The notes under the pieces were generated by a model. That model was given only the letters and a program-made list of their open reading frames with translations. It searched no databases and was not told the origin of the DNA. Source: Octopus vulgaris (taxonomy: Eukaryota). From it: a stretch of DNA of 64,000 nucleotides. The stretch covers positions 28,210,001-28,274,000 of the forward strand of contig OX597819.1 in NCBI GenBank assembly GCA_951406725.2, written 5' to 3'. Below, one piece after another: positions 1 through 60,179 of the stretch. The position numbers and the translations under genes were made by a program. How positions within the stretch are numbered: position 1 is the stretch's first letter; every line of letters starts with the position of its first letter.

Positions 1-307
1 TTCAATCTATTTTAGGCTCAGGGTTAGGGTTAGGGGTGGGGGGAAGGGTATCTTTTTTTCTTCACAAATGTAAATAAACCCAATCTGTCTGAGGGACATA
101 TTCATATGGCATAGACGGTCATTGATTGGTTAAAATTACCGAAATGCAAGAAATTAAAGACAAAATATGTTACAAACTACAGAATTTTCTCAAGAAAGCC
201 AAGAGAAAATGATGTTTTATAAACACATTCTACCAGTATATGAAGTTTAAAATTTTATAGTTACCTAGAAATTATGTTAAAAATTGCCATTCAAACCGAA
301 AAGATCC
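1..307 (-). mobile_element. MITE, partial (cut by window start); same family as 4596-5004, opposite orientation
   Basis: Reverse-complement similarity to 4596-4915; ends in TIR ...TTCAAACCGAAAAGATCC; internal TTAGGG repeats. Confidence 0.85.
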
Positions 308-1116
308 CGTATAATTAAAAAGCTTTAGATGAAGTTACTATTCAGACCATAAAATGTACATTTACTGAGTCTAAAGCTGATGATGTATATGTTATGAAGA
401 AATGACTGTGTTCACTTTGCAACATGTAGCCCAGTTTCAATTTCACTGCATGGCACCATGGGCCATGTATTTTGTCATAGCCTCAGATTAACTAAAACTT
501 TGTGATTAATGTCTCTATTTGGTAGATAAACATTGTACAGAGGATCATTGTATACATATACATACATCATGAATGTATGATTAAAAAGGTCACTTCACAG
601 CTATATAGTTTCAGGTTCAGTCCTACAGCATTGTACATTAGGCAGTAGACTTTTACTAGAGCCTTAGTTGACTAATGTCTTGTGAGGAAAATTTGGCAGA
701 TAGAAACTGTAGGTAAACCTGTCATATATATTTGTTCATGTGTGCAAATATAGGGATGTATTCGTCTTTGTGCATTGGTGCCACTTGGACAGCAGTGACA
801 TTTGTTAAAATCTCATGGGTCAGCTGAACAAATTACAGATGCAATGGGCAAAGATATAAATACTGATATATTTAGAGATGTTGTTACAAATGGGATGATG
901 TCAAGCTAAAGTTGTTGAAAATAAAATGTAGATTCAGGTCAACCTGATTAGTCAGGCTTTAAAATTAGGATTACTAATAAAAGGGTAATGGATTACAATT
1001 TTTACTAAAAGTTTCTAAAATTAGCATTAAAGTAAACTAAGATACAGAGGATTAGAATAAATTTGCAGAGTAATGTGTTATACCAAAACAATTATGATGA
1101 AGTGTATGTATGTATG

Positions 1117-1492
1117 GAAGCACTCCGTCGGTTACGACGACGAGGTTTCGGTTGATCCGAATCAACGGAACAGCCTGCTCGTGAAATTAACGTGTAAGTG
1201 GCTGAGCACTCCACAGACATGTGTACCCTTAACGTAGTTCTCGGGGATATTCAGCATGACACAGAGAGTGACAAGGCCGGCCCTTTGAAATACAGGTACA
1301 ACAGAAACAGGAAGTAAGAGTGAAAGTTGTGGTGAAAGAGTACAGCAGGGATCACCACCATCCCCTGCCGGAACCTCGTGGAGCTTTAGGTGTTTTCGCT
1401 CAATAAACACTCACAACGCCCGATCTGGGAATCGAAACCACGATCCTATGACCGCGAGTCCGCTGCCCTAACCACTGGGCCATTGCACCTCC
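1117..1492 (-). mobile_element. tRNA-derived SINE (family A), full length
   Basis: tRNA-like head with A box (TGGCCCAGTGG) and B box (GTTTCGATTCC); flanked by GTATGTATGTATG at 1104-1116 and 1493-1505; partial copy at about 21733-21882. Confidence 0.85.
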
Positions 1493-2377
1493 GTATGTAT
1501 GTATGTTACCCTAGTCATTGTGGTCGGTATTGCTTTTCTTGATGTTGCCATTTTCTTCTATATATTTTCTATCATTCCTATAAGTCAAACTGGAAGTATA
1601 CACTTACATAGAAATGGAAGTGTCTATGTGCAGAAATGTGTTTAACTGTATGTGCAAGTGTATAGTAGGAGCCAACAGAATTGAAGTATTTTAATAAGAA
1701 GGACACCAAAGCATGCCTGTGTATCTACTGTGTATGGACACTCATGTAATTACTAGAGTATATGTGAATTTGTTCTTCCAGTTACACATACATCCCCAAA
1801 TACAGACCAAAACACTCAATGTATACATAAAATCACACAAGAGTACTCTGGCATGCAGTCCACGGTCCACCCACTGTGGGCTCTAAATCCAGCACAGGGA
1901 AGGTTCCAAATGTGATGTAGTATAGATAATAACACAAATGGCCTGAGATTAACTACAGTTGTTTCAGATAGGTTTTTTATCGATGAACAAATAGATTACA
2001 TCATGTAAAAAGAAACCTTTTTCTTCCGGTGAATTCAAATTAAAATAAAATTTAACATTTAGGATTTTTTACACAAAGAGCATAGAATGCATATTGTCTC
2101 TCTCATCTCGTTGCCAATGCTCTAACCACTGAGCATTGTGCCTTCACTATATATAAATGTGTGTGTGTGTGAAAGCACATGGCTCAGTGGTAAAGTGTGA
2201 GAAAAAAAACCCCAATAAATACCAGTGAAGTAATAGAGTCAATTTACTTAATATTTTAGTGTGAGATGTTGCTAATAAAAACGTCAACACTTTAATAATT
2301 GGACTAAATCATTAATCCAATAACCATGAAATCCCTCTGTGCAGTAAATAATGACAGCACTCATTCTGTGCGAATAA

Positions 2378-3152
2378 TGTTACGGTCAAGGTTTTATTAA
2401 GGTGGCGAGCTGGCAGAAACTTTAGCACGCCGGGCGAAATGCTTAGCGGTATTTCGTCTGCCGTTACGTTGTAAGTTCAAATTCCGCCGAGGTCAACTTT
2501 GTCTTTCATCCTTTCAGGGTCGATAAATTAAGTACCAGTTACACACTGGGGTTGATGTAATCGACTTAATACCTATGTCTGTCCTTGTTTGTCCCCTCTG
2601 TGTTTAGCCCCTTGTGGGTAATAAAGAAATAGGTCAAGGTTTTATTAAGATGTATGACAAACGAACTCGTATAGTAAGTGTACAATGTTCAAAAAAGCTT
2701 TCCGGGAAGAAGAAAGGTTTGGAACAACTTGCCATGATCCATGATTATTTTGAGTAAATAGAAATAAATCAAGCTATGAGATTTACTTTCCACAGGCACG
2801 AGACGTAGAATACTATGGCGAGCTGCTGGTAGGAGATCAGATATTGAATTCATGTGCCTGGCTCCCTTGTGGTCACGGTGGACCTTGTGTTTCGAAGAAG
2901 CAGTTAAAGAAGAGAGAGTGATTTAAGCAGGAATGCACACTTAAATAGGCGATGTGCTACTAGCAACATCCTGCGTGTTATTTTGAAGTTATGTGTAATA
3001 AATTAACAAAGCGGGAGTTAATCATGTTCACCTGGAATTTTCTGGAATAGTCTAGATTGTTCAAGAATGTTCCATCAGGAGAGATAACTGTCATTGACTC
3101 CCAACGAATACTTTGAGGGCTTGCGAATCTGTTTCAATTAGCGTTGCCTACA
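2378..3152 (-). mobile_element. Probable solo LTR interrupted by a SINE
   Basis: Minus strand TGTAGG...TAACA termini, TATA-like CCTATTTAAG, AATAAA near 3' end, imperfect 4-bp flanks ATAA/ATAT. Confidence 0.5.
2402..2631 (+). mobile_element. SINE family B with perfect 18-bp target-site duplication
   Basis: GGTCAAGGTTTTATTAAG at 2384-2401 and 2632-2649; B box GTTCAAATTC; central ...TTTCATCCTTTC.GGGTCGATAAA..AAGTACCAG domain. Other copies at about 3387-3600, 4122-4252, 14690-15350, 17285-17500, 36440-36720, 62596-62805. Confidence 0.9.
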
Positions 3153-4595
3153 ATATCTCACAAGTTTCTAGCATATGGTATCAAATGTGCAATCATAGAT
3201 CAACTTCAAACAAATACAGATGTTTTAAATCAGTGTTTGATTGTTAATTAAAGACAACTGCATAGATTTGATGATTTTGGTTTTTACAACTCCAGTTCTG
3301 CGAGATCTTGTAACATATGGCTCATTATGATGATATCAACTGAATTACTAATAGTAAAAAGAAAAAAGTATTAAAATAATAAACAAGGTGGTGAGCTGGC
3401 AGAATTGTTAGCAAGCCAGGCAAAATACTTAGTGGTATTTTGTCTGTTTTTACATTTTGAGTTCAAATTCCACCAAGAGCAACTTTGCCTTTCCACCTTT
3501 CAGGGCTGATAAAATAAGTGCCAGTTGAACACCAGGGTTGATTTAATCAGCTTACCCCTCCCCTAAAATTGCTGGCCTTGTCCCAAAATTTGAAATCAAT
3601 ATAATTATAAATTGGCTGAGATTTTGAACTATTTGCATGCTTTAAGATATCATATCCTATTGGGCAAATATTTCAAGTTGAGAAGGTTGAGGAGAATTTT
3701 TTTTTATTATACTCATATGTAAAAACTTATTCATTATACCTATTTGTTATACACAAATCTAGCTGGTATGTTGACAGCATTGAACTGGTTTTCCTGATTT
3801 CAATAAAATAATAGATTTAGTATTATTGAGCTGAACTTTGACCTGAGTTACAAGGTCTGAGAGTATGAAATTATTTTTATAGATTTATTGTGGTGAAGTT
3901 TACAGAGATTTTGATGGATTAACTATAGGAATACAGAGGTCAAGCTTTCCAGGTGTTGGCAGTCGTGTTGGAGACAATTCAATGTCAAAGAATGTGATTT
4001 GGTGTTAATTTTAGATTAAAAGTAGTGAACAATAGCATCGTTGGTTATAGGTTTCAATGAACCAATCACTGGCTCCCTGATGGTGACAAGCAGGGTGTTT
4101 GTAAATAGATGTAGAACAAATATTGGTTTCAAATTTTAGCACAAGGCCAGCAATTATTTTGGTGGGGTGGCAGGCAAGTCAGTTACATCAACCCCAGTGC
4201 TTAACTGGCACTTACTTTATCAACCCTGACAGGATGAAAGGCAAAGTCAACCTTTTTTGTTTTTTTTAATTATTGTATTGTTCAGTGCAATTAATATCCA
4301 TTGTTACATGTACACTACATATTTATCTGGTTTAAAGTTGTCCATGTTGGATACTTTATATTTTGAATTTGAACTGTTGTGATGTCACAGTGCAGCTGAT
4401 CACAGATGCCTCTGGCCCTACGTGAAGCTATTTGTAGCCTAACCATTGCTCAATTATTGAGTTTTACTTTGTGTATGAGGATGGATTCTATCATTTTCTT
4501 CTAGTTAGAGATTTTATGATTCTCTGAACTATTACTAGAGAGGTTGATATCCAACATATGGTTCGACAACATTGTTCAAATAGATAGTTCTCTAG

Positions 4596-5004
4596 GGATC
4601 TTTTTGGTTTGAACGGCAGTTTTTAACATAATTTCTAGGTAACTAAAAAATTTTAAACTTCGTATACTGGTAGAATGTGTTTATATAACATCTTTTTCTC
4701 TTGGCTTTATTGAGAAAATTCTATAGTTTGTAAGATATTTGTTGTTTTTTTTTCTTCAATTTCAACCAATCAATGACGTCCATTGAGGTAAAATACATTC
4801 TGTGCTGTATGAATATGTCCCTCGCTTAAGAAACAGATTGGGTTTATTTACATTTGTGAAGAAAAAAAGATACCCTTCCCCCCACCCCTAACCCTAACCC
4901 TAAAATAGATTGAAATGCAATAGATCGATACTAGGGTCATAATTATGGGTGACAATTTCATATGACACTGATAGAAAAAATTGCCGTTCAAACCGAAAAG
5001 ATCC
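4596..5004 (+). mobile_element. Complete MITE with about 29-bp TIRs and 8-bp TSD
   Basis: TIR GGATCTTTT(T/C)GGTTTGAACGGCA(G/A)TTTTT at both ends; TTCTCTAG at 4588-4595 and 5005-5012. Confidence 0.9.
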
Positions 5005-5118
5005 TTCTCTAGTATTATATTCTTTATCATGTAGTCATCCATAGAAGGGACATAAACATGTCTTCCTAAATACAGGGTTATCTGTTTCTAGAGAATTCTG
5101 AATCAGATTATTCTAAAG

Positions 5119-6604
5119 CAGGTGTCACCAAACTATGGCCCGTGGGCCAGATCCAACCTGCCACCATATGGTACCTTTTGTGTAAGTACCTGCAAATGAG
5201 AATTCATTTGCCTTTGGTATGGCATCAGTGTTTGGAACAACTTACGTCAGTGAGCAAGCAAACATTTTCAAAACTGAAGTATGTGAAGTCAGCACATCGA
5301 ATGAGGTTGACTGGACATTTGAAAGCAATTCTTTTGCTTAGATACAGCAATTCCAAAGCAAATATTGATATCTTAAAAGCTAAACACCAGTTTCACAAAT
5401 CTCACTAACCTTTTTTGTTGTTTAGTTTGTAAGATTTGGATATTTGTGCATGGGTGTAAGATAACTATCTTATTACTAACGTTGCCTTCTTTTGTAGCTT
5501 TTTGGTAAATAAATGTTGGTTGTCTTTATTTTTTGTGTATTTAAAATAATAATAATGAAATTATTGTATACAGTGCTCAGGTGCACCACAACTTGTCAGA
5601 AAGTGCGTATAGAGTATATGCAGTAATGTACAAATGTCTGAAAAGCGAACAATGTATGAGTCAGAGACATGCTTGCGTGTGTATGGAGGGGAGAAAATCA
5701 GGTGTAGTGTTGGCAAATCTCGGGAAGCATGGAAGTTTTGAAGGATGCAGTGCTCCGACAACTAACAACTGATGCCGGCAGTTTGTTCCATGCTTCAGCA
5801 ACTCTCAGCATGAAAAAATCTTTCCTAAAGTGATGGGAGCTGTGCTGTTTTCTGACTTTGTAAATATGTCCACGGGTGTTAGACGGGTGGAGTTTGAAAA
5901 GGTGCTCAGAGTTATTGTTTGTAAGATGGTTGATAATTTTATGGGTGTCTGCCAAGTCAGCTGCCAGACGTCGGAGTTTCAATGTGTCCATGCCCAGGGA
6001 AGTAAGGCGTTCAGAATATGGCAAATGCCTGATGGAGGGTATTCTTTTGGCTGCAAGTCGCTGAAGGGCTTCCGGACAATTGATATCCTGGGCAAGATAG
6101 GGGTTCCAGACCGGTGATGCAAATTCCAGGTGAGGTCTTACCATAGCTATATAAAGCCGCAGATAGATAGCCAGAGAGCGGCTCTCAAAGGATTTGGTGA
6201 GTGATGCCAAGACACCCTCAGCCTTCTTGACAATTTTAGCGATGTGTTTTGTCCAACGCAAATCAGTTGACAATAACACCCAGGTCACGTTCACATGAAG
6301 ACTTTTTGAGATTAGTGTTGTGGAGGGAGTAGGTGGACGCTGGGTTTCTCCTCCCAAAATGCATGGTGGTACATTTGTCCACAGCCAGCTTGAGTTGCCA
6401 GTCCATGATCCACTGCTGCATTGTGTCCAGGTCTGCTTGCAATAGAGATCTATAGTGTACAGGATCTGACCTCTTTATTTCGAGGTACAGCTTGATGTCA
6501 TCTGCATATTTACTGTTATTGTATTGAACAAAATGGTTAAGCAGCCTGCATTTGTCATTCTCTTAATTATCTGGCACACCATGAAAAAAGTTTGGTGACC
6601 TCTG
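5119..6604 (+). mobile_element. Internally deleted hAT (Charlie/Buster-like) DNA transposon containing a nested LINE fragment
   Basis: TIRs CAGGTGTCACCAAACT / AGTTTGGTGACCTCTG; flanks TTCTAAAG / CTTTAAAG (6 of 8 match); hAT C-terminal relic ASVFGTTYVSEQ/TFSKLKYVKSAHRMRLT..HL at about 5220-5345. Confidence 0.8.
5545..6512 (-). mobile_element. 5'-truncated CR1/L2-type LINE: RT C-terminus and 3' UTR with (ATT)n tail
   Basis: KYADDIKLY...LQADLD...W...DKCTTMHFG (6510-6357), then LYIAMVRPHLEFASPVWNPY...YSERL..LG...RR...WNKLP (ORF 5698-6357); frameshifted. Confidence 0.9.
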
Positions 6605-9480
6605 CTTTAAAGAATGCTACTAAGAAGTTAAGGGAGAAGAGAGTGTAGCTGTCATTTCAGAAAAGGTTAAGTGTAGAATATAGCATGTTGGTGAACCAGT
6701 TAGAGAAGCCTCACTTTTGGTTTATTTTCTGAAGTAATAATTATGGATTTTGCTCAGGAATAAAATTTGTTTGATTCATAAGAAATTATTCACACATAAT
6801 TTTGACATTGTTGGATAACAGCTGTTTGGGTAGTAAGTTCTAGTTAAGAAACCTGTAGATATTTAAATACAAATGCCATCAACTCCATTTCATTTCTCAC
6901 AACTTCTCACATTCATCCAGAGAAAAATTAGAGAAAAGTGAAAGAACAAAAGAATGGTAAATTATTGAAAATTGATTTATGTTTGAAAGATTTTATGAAC
7001 ATAGTATGAAACATACAGCAATATGAGAATTAGAAAAAGTACAGTAAAGGTTTTATAATAAAAAGTCATGTAAAAGAGAGAAGACAATGTATATTTAAGA
7101 CACTACATTCACATTATATTTGTACTTATTTACATGTATATTGTTAGTCCTTTAATGCTAACATTAGTTGCTGCCAGCTGTAAAATACAATGCACAACAG
7201 TGCCACTTTTAGTAAAATAATTCTGCTCAACAGGTAAGAGGTGCCAAAGATCACAGATCACTTACCAAAGAGTTATGGGTAAATATAACATTTTTTTAAT
7301 AATTTGCACAAATTGGCACATTCCATTGTTTTGAAATACAGATAGTTGGAAAAAAATATATATATACACACACACAAGAAATAATTTAATTTATTTGCTT
7401 CTCCAAATATTTTATATGAAATACATTTAAATAATCATTGTTCAGGTTAATTAATCACAAAAAATACTGATGGGGTTATTTTTTGTTTTATTTGACAAAA
7501 TTGTTTAAAAAAAAAATCAAATTTTATTTGCTTAAAGAAATAATCCTGTGACTTTTTTCTCACAATTTATTTATAGAATTTATATTACATTTGAATAATT
7601 CTTTTGCATAGGAATAAGATAAGACCTGCCAATGTATAGAAGCTCAAAACAAACAGAATATTAACACAGAACAGCCAATGGGTACAATAACAGAGTACAG
7701 GACCATACACAAAGAGAATCACTTGGATTATAGAGTACACTTAATTAGGTATATACATGTATATACTCTTGGTAGTGGGCACAGTATAGCCAAATGGTTA
7801 AGAAGTTTGCTTTGCAACACCAAAGTTCAATCCCACTGCATGGCACCTTGGGCAGATGTCATTTCCTAAAGGTTGACCCATACCTTGTAAATGAAATTTG
7901 GGGTAGACAGAAAGTACAAAGAAGCCTGTTGAGTGGATTGAACCTGTAATTGAAAAAGTACAGCCTTGTCACACATGCTGTGATGTGCCAATTCTGCCTG
8001 AGAATTTTGTTAAGGTTGAGTATTCCAAGTGTCTGGAATGCTTAGCCACTTACACATAAATTCAATTGATTGAATCTTCATTGCTAGAGAACCATCTATA
8101 CTCTTAGTCTCATGCATTGTGTATCAAGAGAAGTACAGTCAAATACAGAGCAAAGCATGTTTTAGGAAAGTATGTTAATTTTGAATATATGAAACCAATT
8201 GACATTTCACTTACATATAGATGTGGAATATAAATAAAATAAATCTCACAGTTGAATTATGGAATACAAATCCTTATAATAGACCTCCCAGTTTCCATAT
8301 CTTAAACATCACAAATTGTTAGAATTGAAGACAATACTTCTCACAAGTAAACCAATTCTATGAGACAAGCTAGTATGTAAACTTTCATTATAGCTATGAG
8401 GAATAGACTCAATATTTCAAAGTTCTTGGTCACACTGACATAGAATTTTACTTTGCAAAGATCAATAAATACTTACAAATTAGTGAAGAAAATAAATTAG
8501 AAAATAACCAGCTATATGGAAGAATTTTGATAAAGTTTACACAACCAACTATTTCTGTTTTGTTGTTATGCATAATATGAATGCATGTATGGATATGTAT
8601 ATAAACATACATACATATATATGCACACCATATTTGCCAGTATATAAGATGCAACAATATTTTTACAAGTATATTTTATTGGGAGGGGGGGGTATTTTAG
8701 TGTGATTTGTAGGGGAAAGGTATGACTGTACATGTAAGTACAGTATTGAGACAGTTTACCGGAATAAAGCATGAAACTACATTATGGGAATATCATATCT
8801 CAACTATCTTCTTACAGATCAACTGTATAGTCATTTATATTTAGGTCAAAAGAGGTGTCACAAAGTATGCAAAACTTGTATTTCTAGCTGTGATGTCTTA
8901 TGTAACTATGACTGGCCACCACTACTGCTATGGTGTTGTCATGCACTCATTGCAAATGGCAGATGAAAATTTAACATTCCTTTCATCTTTGTAGGGGAAT
9001 TTTTCATTTAGATAAATGTTTCTTAAAGGTAACACTGTCATTAAATAATGTAAACTGAGGGAGGTATAATGAGGTGTGGTGACCTCCCCACATGACTGCC
9101 AATGTACCATAAGCAATTTTTCTTCAGTTTGTGCTAATAGACTGATAATTTGGTTTATTTTCAATATTTTAACATTAGTAGCAATTAATGTGACAAGCTG
9201 ACTTGTGCTCACATGGCTCCCTAGCTTAAGACACTTAGTCTCCTATGGTGGCATTAGACACACAACAATTTCTTGATACATTTAAAAATTAAATAAGCAT
9301 CTTATATGCTGGTAAATATGGTATATGTATACATATAAACATGTGTGTGTGTGTGTGTGCGTGTATATCTTTTGATGATGCATATATATCTGTATATGAA
9401 TGTTTGTGCGTGTGTGTATATATATATATAATCATAATGAACTTATTGTATCCAGTGCTTAATTGCACTACATTATATAT

Positions 9481-9540
<60 letters not shown>

Positions 9541-12145
9541 TGTAGATTTTTTTTTTTTACAGGCAACCTCCACATATACAGGGCTCTTGTAAACTCCTAG
9601 TACATAGTTTACTTCTTGAGCACTTTTTTTTTTAACATTAGACTTGAAGCTAGTATATTACAATTAGCTTATTATCACAGGAATCCAATATGGTGGAGAA
9701 TATGATTCAAAATGTAAAGAACTAGAGGAGTTACAGCAAGGCATCTTTTATGGGCTAACAATTCTATCACTTCACTACTACAGACTTGGCACCTTAGTTA
9801 TTGACCTTGAAATGATGAAATGCAAAGTTGACCTCAGTAGGATTTGAACTCAGATTTCAAGAAGGCAGAACAAATACTGCAAAGCATTAAACACATTGCA
9901 TGTGTAGTTCTATATATGTATTCACTGTGTGTGTGAGTATACATGTATTTATGTGCATACATGTATATATCATACATACATACCTATGTGTTCATCATCA
10001 TTTCATTTAATGACTGTTTTTCCATGCTAGCATTTCTAAAATGGTAAGTAATTAAGGCAGGATGCTCTTTCTGTCACCAACCCTTGCCTGCCTTTCAAAA
10101 ATCTGAAAGCATAGAGCTAGCATATGATCTGTTGATAAGAAAGCATCAACAAATGTAACTAGTTGCAGCCCAACCACAAACAATGATACCAATGTTTATA
10201 TCTGAGCAGTGACATCACCATTTGTACCTTGTTTGGAGTAGGTTGTAAACATGCACACAGAAACACACACACAACAGCCTTCTTTCAATTTCCATTTACT
10301 AAATTTCCTTACAAAGTATTGATAGGTTTGAGTTTATAGCAGAAGACATTTGCCCAAGCTGCAGCTGAGATATCAAGTGAATTGGATTTTACATTCATTT
10401 CCAGAAATTGCTCTTTCATCCTCCTCTACAGGTGTTCACCACAGAATCTACATGATGGATGATGCTCATGTACATGCAGAGTCTGAAAACTTGGAACAAT
10501 ATTTTTAAATGTATATTTTCCTAATTGAAAGTGGTAAGATGTGATTTGAGGGGAATTTGAAAATTTGGTAGCTATATCTAGCAAGTCACATTCACATGCA
10601 GAGTTCTACTCTTGGCTCAAAATAAACTTAAGTGCTGTTGTGTAGTCCCAGATTAGTCATATGGAATCTACTTGAAAGGTATTCCAGTCACGACAATCCT
10701 GTCATGTGTGTGTGTGTGTTACAACAGACCAAGCGTAAAATGACTTAAATTACAGCTGCTGTGTAGGAAGCACTGATAAAAAAATTTCTCAATTTCTAAA
10801 GTTGTTTTCACTTGTGGCAAAACCCTGATATATTTGAGGAAGAAAATAATAATAAAAGCAGTCTATATATTTTTCCAAAGAGAGAGATCAATAATCATCT
10901 GAAGTTAAATTTGATAAAATAAAAACAACAGTTGTTAGAAACACCTTGAAGACTCACTTCTTAACTTAAACTGGAATACCTCATTTTGGCTGTATAGCTT
11001 TTATTCCAGTGATTCGGAGCTAGTTATTCAGCAATCAAAATAGGACTGAAGAGAAACTTATACTATTGTGATGTAATATTGAGGTCTGGTGGAAGCAAGT
11101 GTTATGTTTGTATGATACTGGGACATGACCAGCTGATACCCAGAATGCTTTCAAAAAATTAGTTAATGGTTCCTGCATTTTTTAAATATATTTTTGTATT
11201 ACACGTATTCTCTAGTTTTCTTATTTAACACAGGTAACAGCAAGGAGATAAAATGAAGAGGTGGTTAAAGTGAAATGGAATATACAATGTACACAAGGCA
11301 ATGTGTCAAATCATCATAAAATCACCATTATATTACTTTTAACTTTAAAAGTTATGATGGCTTATGTAGAAATGATAGAACCTTTTGGTAGAACAGACAA
11401 AAAATATGGTACCTATATTCAGAAACTATAGACGTTTTTATTGTTTAATACATGATTGATGTTGCTAATAAAAATTTAACTTGTTAGCAGGAAAATATGC
11501 ATTTATTGCTTCAAATTTACTTCAGTAATATATATTTCAATAAAATGCTGAACATTTGGAAAGAGCACTAGTCCCCTGAGTTAATGTTTACAGTAGAAAT
11601 GTTTAAGTTCCACAAAAGAGATCAATAGTAACACAATCTTCTATGCTGCTTTGGAAAATTTGAGCAAATTGAGTGAATTCAATAAGGAGCTTGATTATGT
11701 GTGCGTTGACAATGTAAATATTGAAAAAAAAAGGATAATCAAATGAAAACTTGACTTCTATAAATGCTTGAGGAACAGCTACATCAATGAGAATGACATT
11801 AAAGGATTCAGGAGTGTCATGATGCAGGTAAAATTGCTGCTACAAATCCATTTTTTTTTAAGGATCTCAGGTGCATGACTGGCCTGCAAATGGGTTGAGC
11901 ATACTAAACAAAACCAATGAATGTTTCCTCCCACTAGAAATAACTACAGAGAAGATACCAGAATATATAAAGAATTGTGTGAACTACCAGGGAGTGGGAA
12001 TGGATCATATAAGTACTCCAAGCCTAAAAATACCAGCAAAAACAATGTATGTATGATACAAACTGAGGCTGTAAGCTTTGTATGGAGGTATGAATGCTCT
12101 AAGATTCTGGAAATCAAGGAAACCAACCTGCATAAATTTTATTAA

Positions 12146-12363
12146 CCCTCTTAGGCCACCCAGGTTGATTGATTGGCCCACGTGATACAAGCTAAAAGGA
12201 CTTTGAGGCCGATCCATCAGCCTGATAGAACAAATGTTGTAAATGGTTGGTTTTGATGTGTAATAGCTAATCAGAGATCATCTTTCAGTAGATGTTTGTC
12301 AATAGAAAAAAAAATGTTTAGTCTTTTTGGCTACACATACCAAAACACTAGGTCACAAAAGGG
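12146..12363. mobile_element. piggyBac-like MITE relic
   Basis: TTAA|CCCT...AAGGG|TTAA termini with imperfect TIRs. Confidence 0.45.
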
Positions 12364-13889
12364 TTAAAATTTTAAAAAAAAGAAAGATCATTCTTATTAT
12401 TCAAAAAGTTATCACAAAGATAAAGCAACAGAAAGTATGATCTTGGTCAGTTTGGATAACTAAGCATCAAGGATCTCTGGTAAAGATTTTTGTTATGAGA
12501 AAAACTGCTAATTAGATGAGTTACAGAATTTAAATATCTGAAACACAAATCAACTGCTTTATATCTTGTTACCGTATTCATTTATAAAGGATGTAGGTAC
12601 ACTATGAATAATCTACACCCTCATAACTTCTAGATAGCATCATGTTATATGGTATTCCTAGAAGTAGTGATTCATTTGGAAGATATTAAAATCAGAGATC
12701 TCCAGTTGGCAGCTGACAATTGCGATATCCTTTAGTTTGCTCATGCTATAAAACAGAACCATCTACAAAATTTTATAGGAGAGAACACAAGAGGGGTTTT
12801 TTTAGTTACCATTGTCATGTAAGAATAAATCCTGGGAATGTTCTCATTACAAATATCACACTACCTTATCCTGACAGGTGAAGCACATGTAGCTGTAACA
12901 CAGTGAAATGCCAATAGTAGAAATGAACTCACAATACATATACACATGATAATTTTAATCTTCTCAAATAAGTTTATATCAAATGACTGATGATATTTGA
13001 AAGCTAAAATGGAAAGACTGCTGTAATTTTTAATAAGTTCTCCACTGTCAATCATCCAAGAGTGTTTTATAAAATATTGAGAATATAAGTTTGGAATTTA
13101 CATATGGCTTGTCTTACAAGTGCTTAATATTCGCTTCCTTGTTTGAATAATTTAGATCATGTTCAACTGCTATATATATATATATATAAATTAGAAAAAA
13201 ACCCCACCTTTTATCAATTCAATAATGAAAAATTAAATTATACCATCTAGAAAATTACATATTATTATATAATACTCTGAATTTTCTTCTATGATGAAAT
13301 TGAAGAGGTACTCAAAATAATTACTTAACAATGAACTAATTTGCTCAAAGACATGTAATTTACCTTATCCAGAGAGGAAAATAAGAGCAATGTTAGGGTT
13401 TTGGACAGGAATGCTGAATTTGATGGCAAGAAAGGATATTTGCAACATTACTGTATTGATCAAGTAATTTAACAAACTGTTTGATATATTTATTTTATTT
13501 CTCTATTTGAGTATTTCTTAATTAGATTGTTTTCCTTATTAACATTGCTTTAAATAAAAAATATATACAGGATTAAGCCACTGTCGCTGAACTAGCAGAT
13601 AATCTTGCCTGTTAGGATGGACTGTCTGCTATAAATACTGAAAACAATTGTAATACTATAAACAAATATCTAAATGATTATTTAACCTATAGCCTTTTAT
13701 GGTTGTGCAAGGAAATTAACTGCTGTTAATTTTTTAAAAAAAAGCAACAAAATATTCTTTAAAAAAAAAAAGCTATAAAAATTCATTCTTCTTTCTTATG
13801 ATGACCTATCATCACTCATTGGTTCAGATATGTTTTCAAAAGAGGAGTGATATGGGTGGTAAGCTACCTGATATTGTTCCCTTTATCTA

Positions 13890-60179
<46,290 letters not shown>

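Noticed and set aside
1417-1492. tRNA-like sequence
   Set aside because: It is the head of a SINE continuing into a repeat body; no complete acceptor stem seen
5698-6357. 219-aa ORF as a host gene
   Set aside because: RT C-terminal fragment of a truncated, frameshifted LINE
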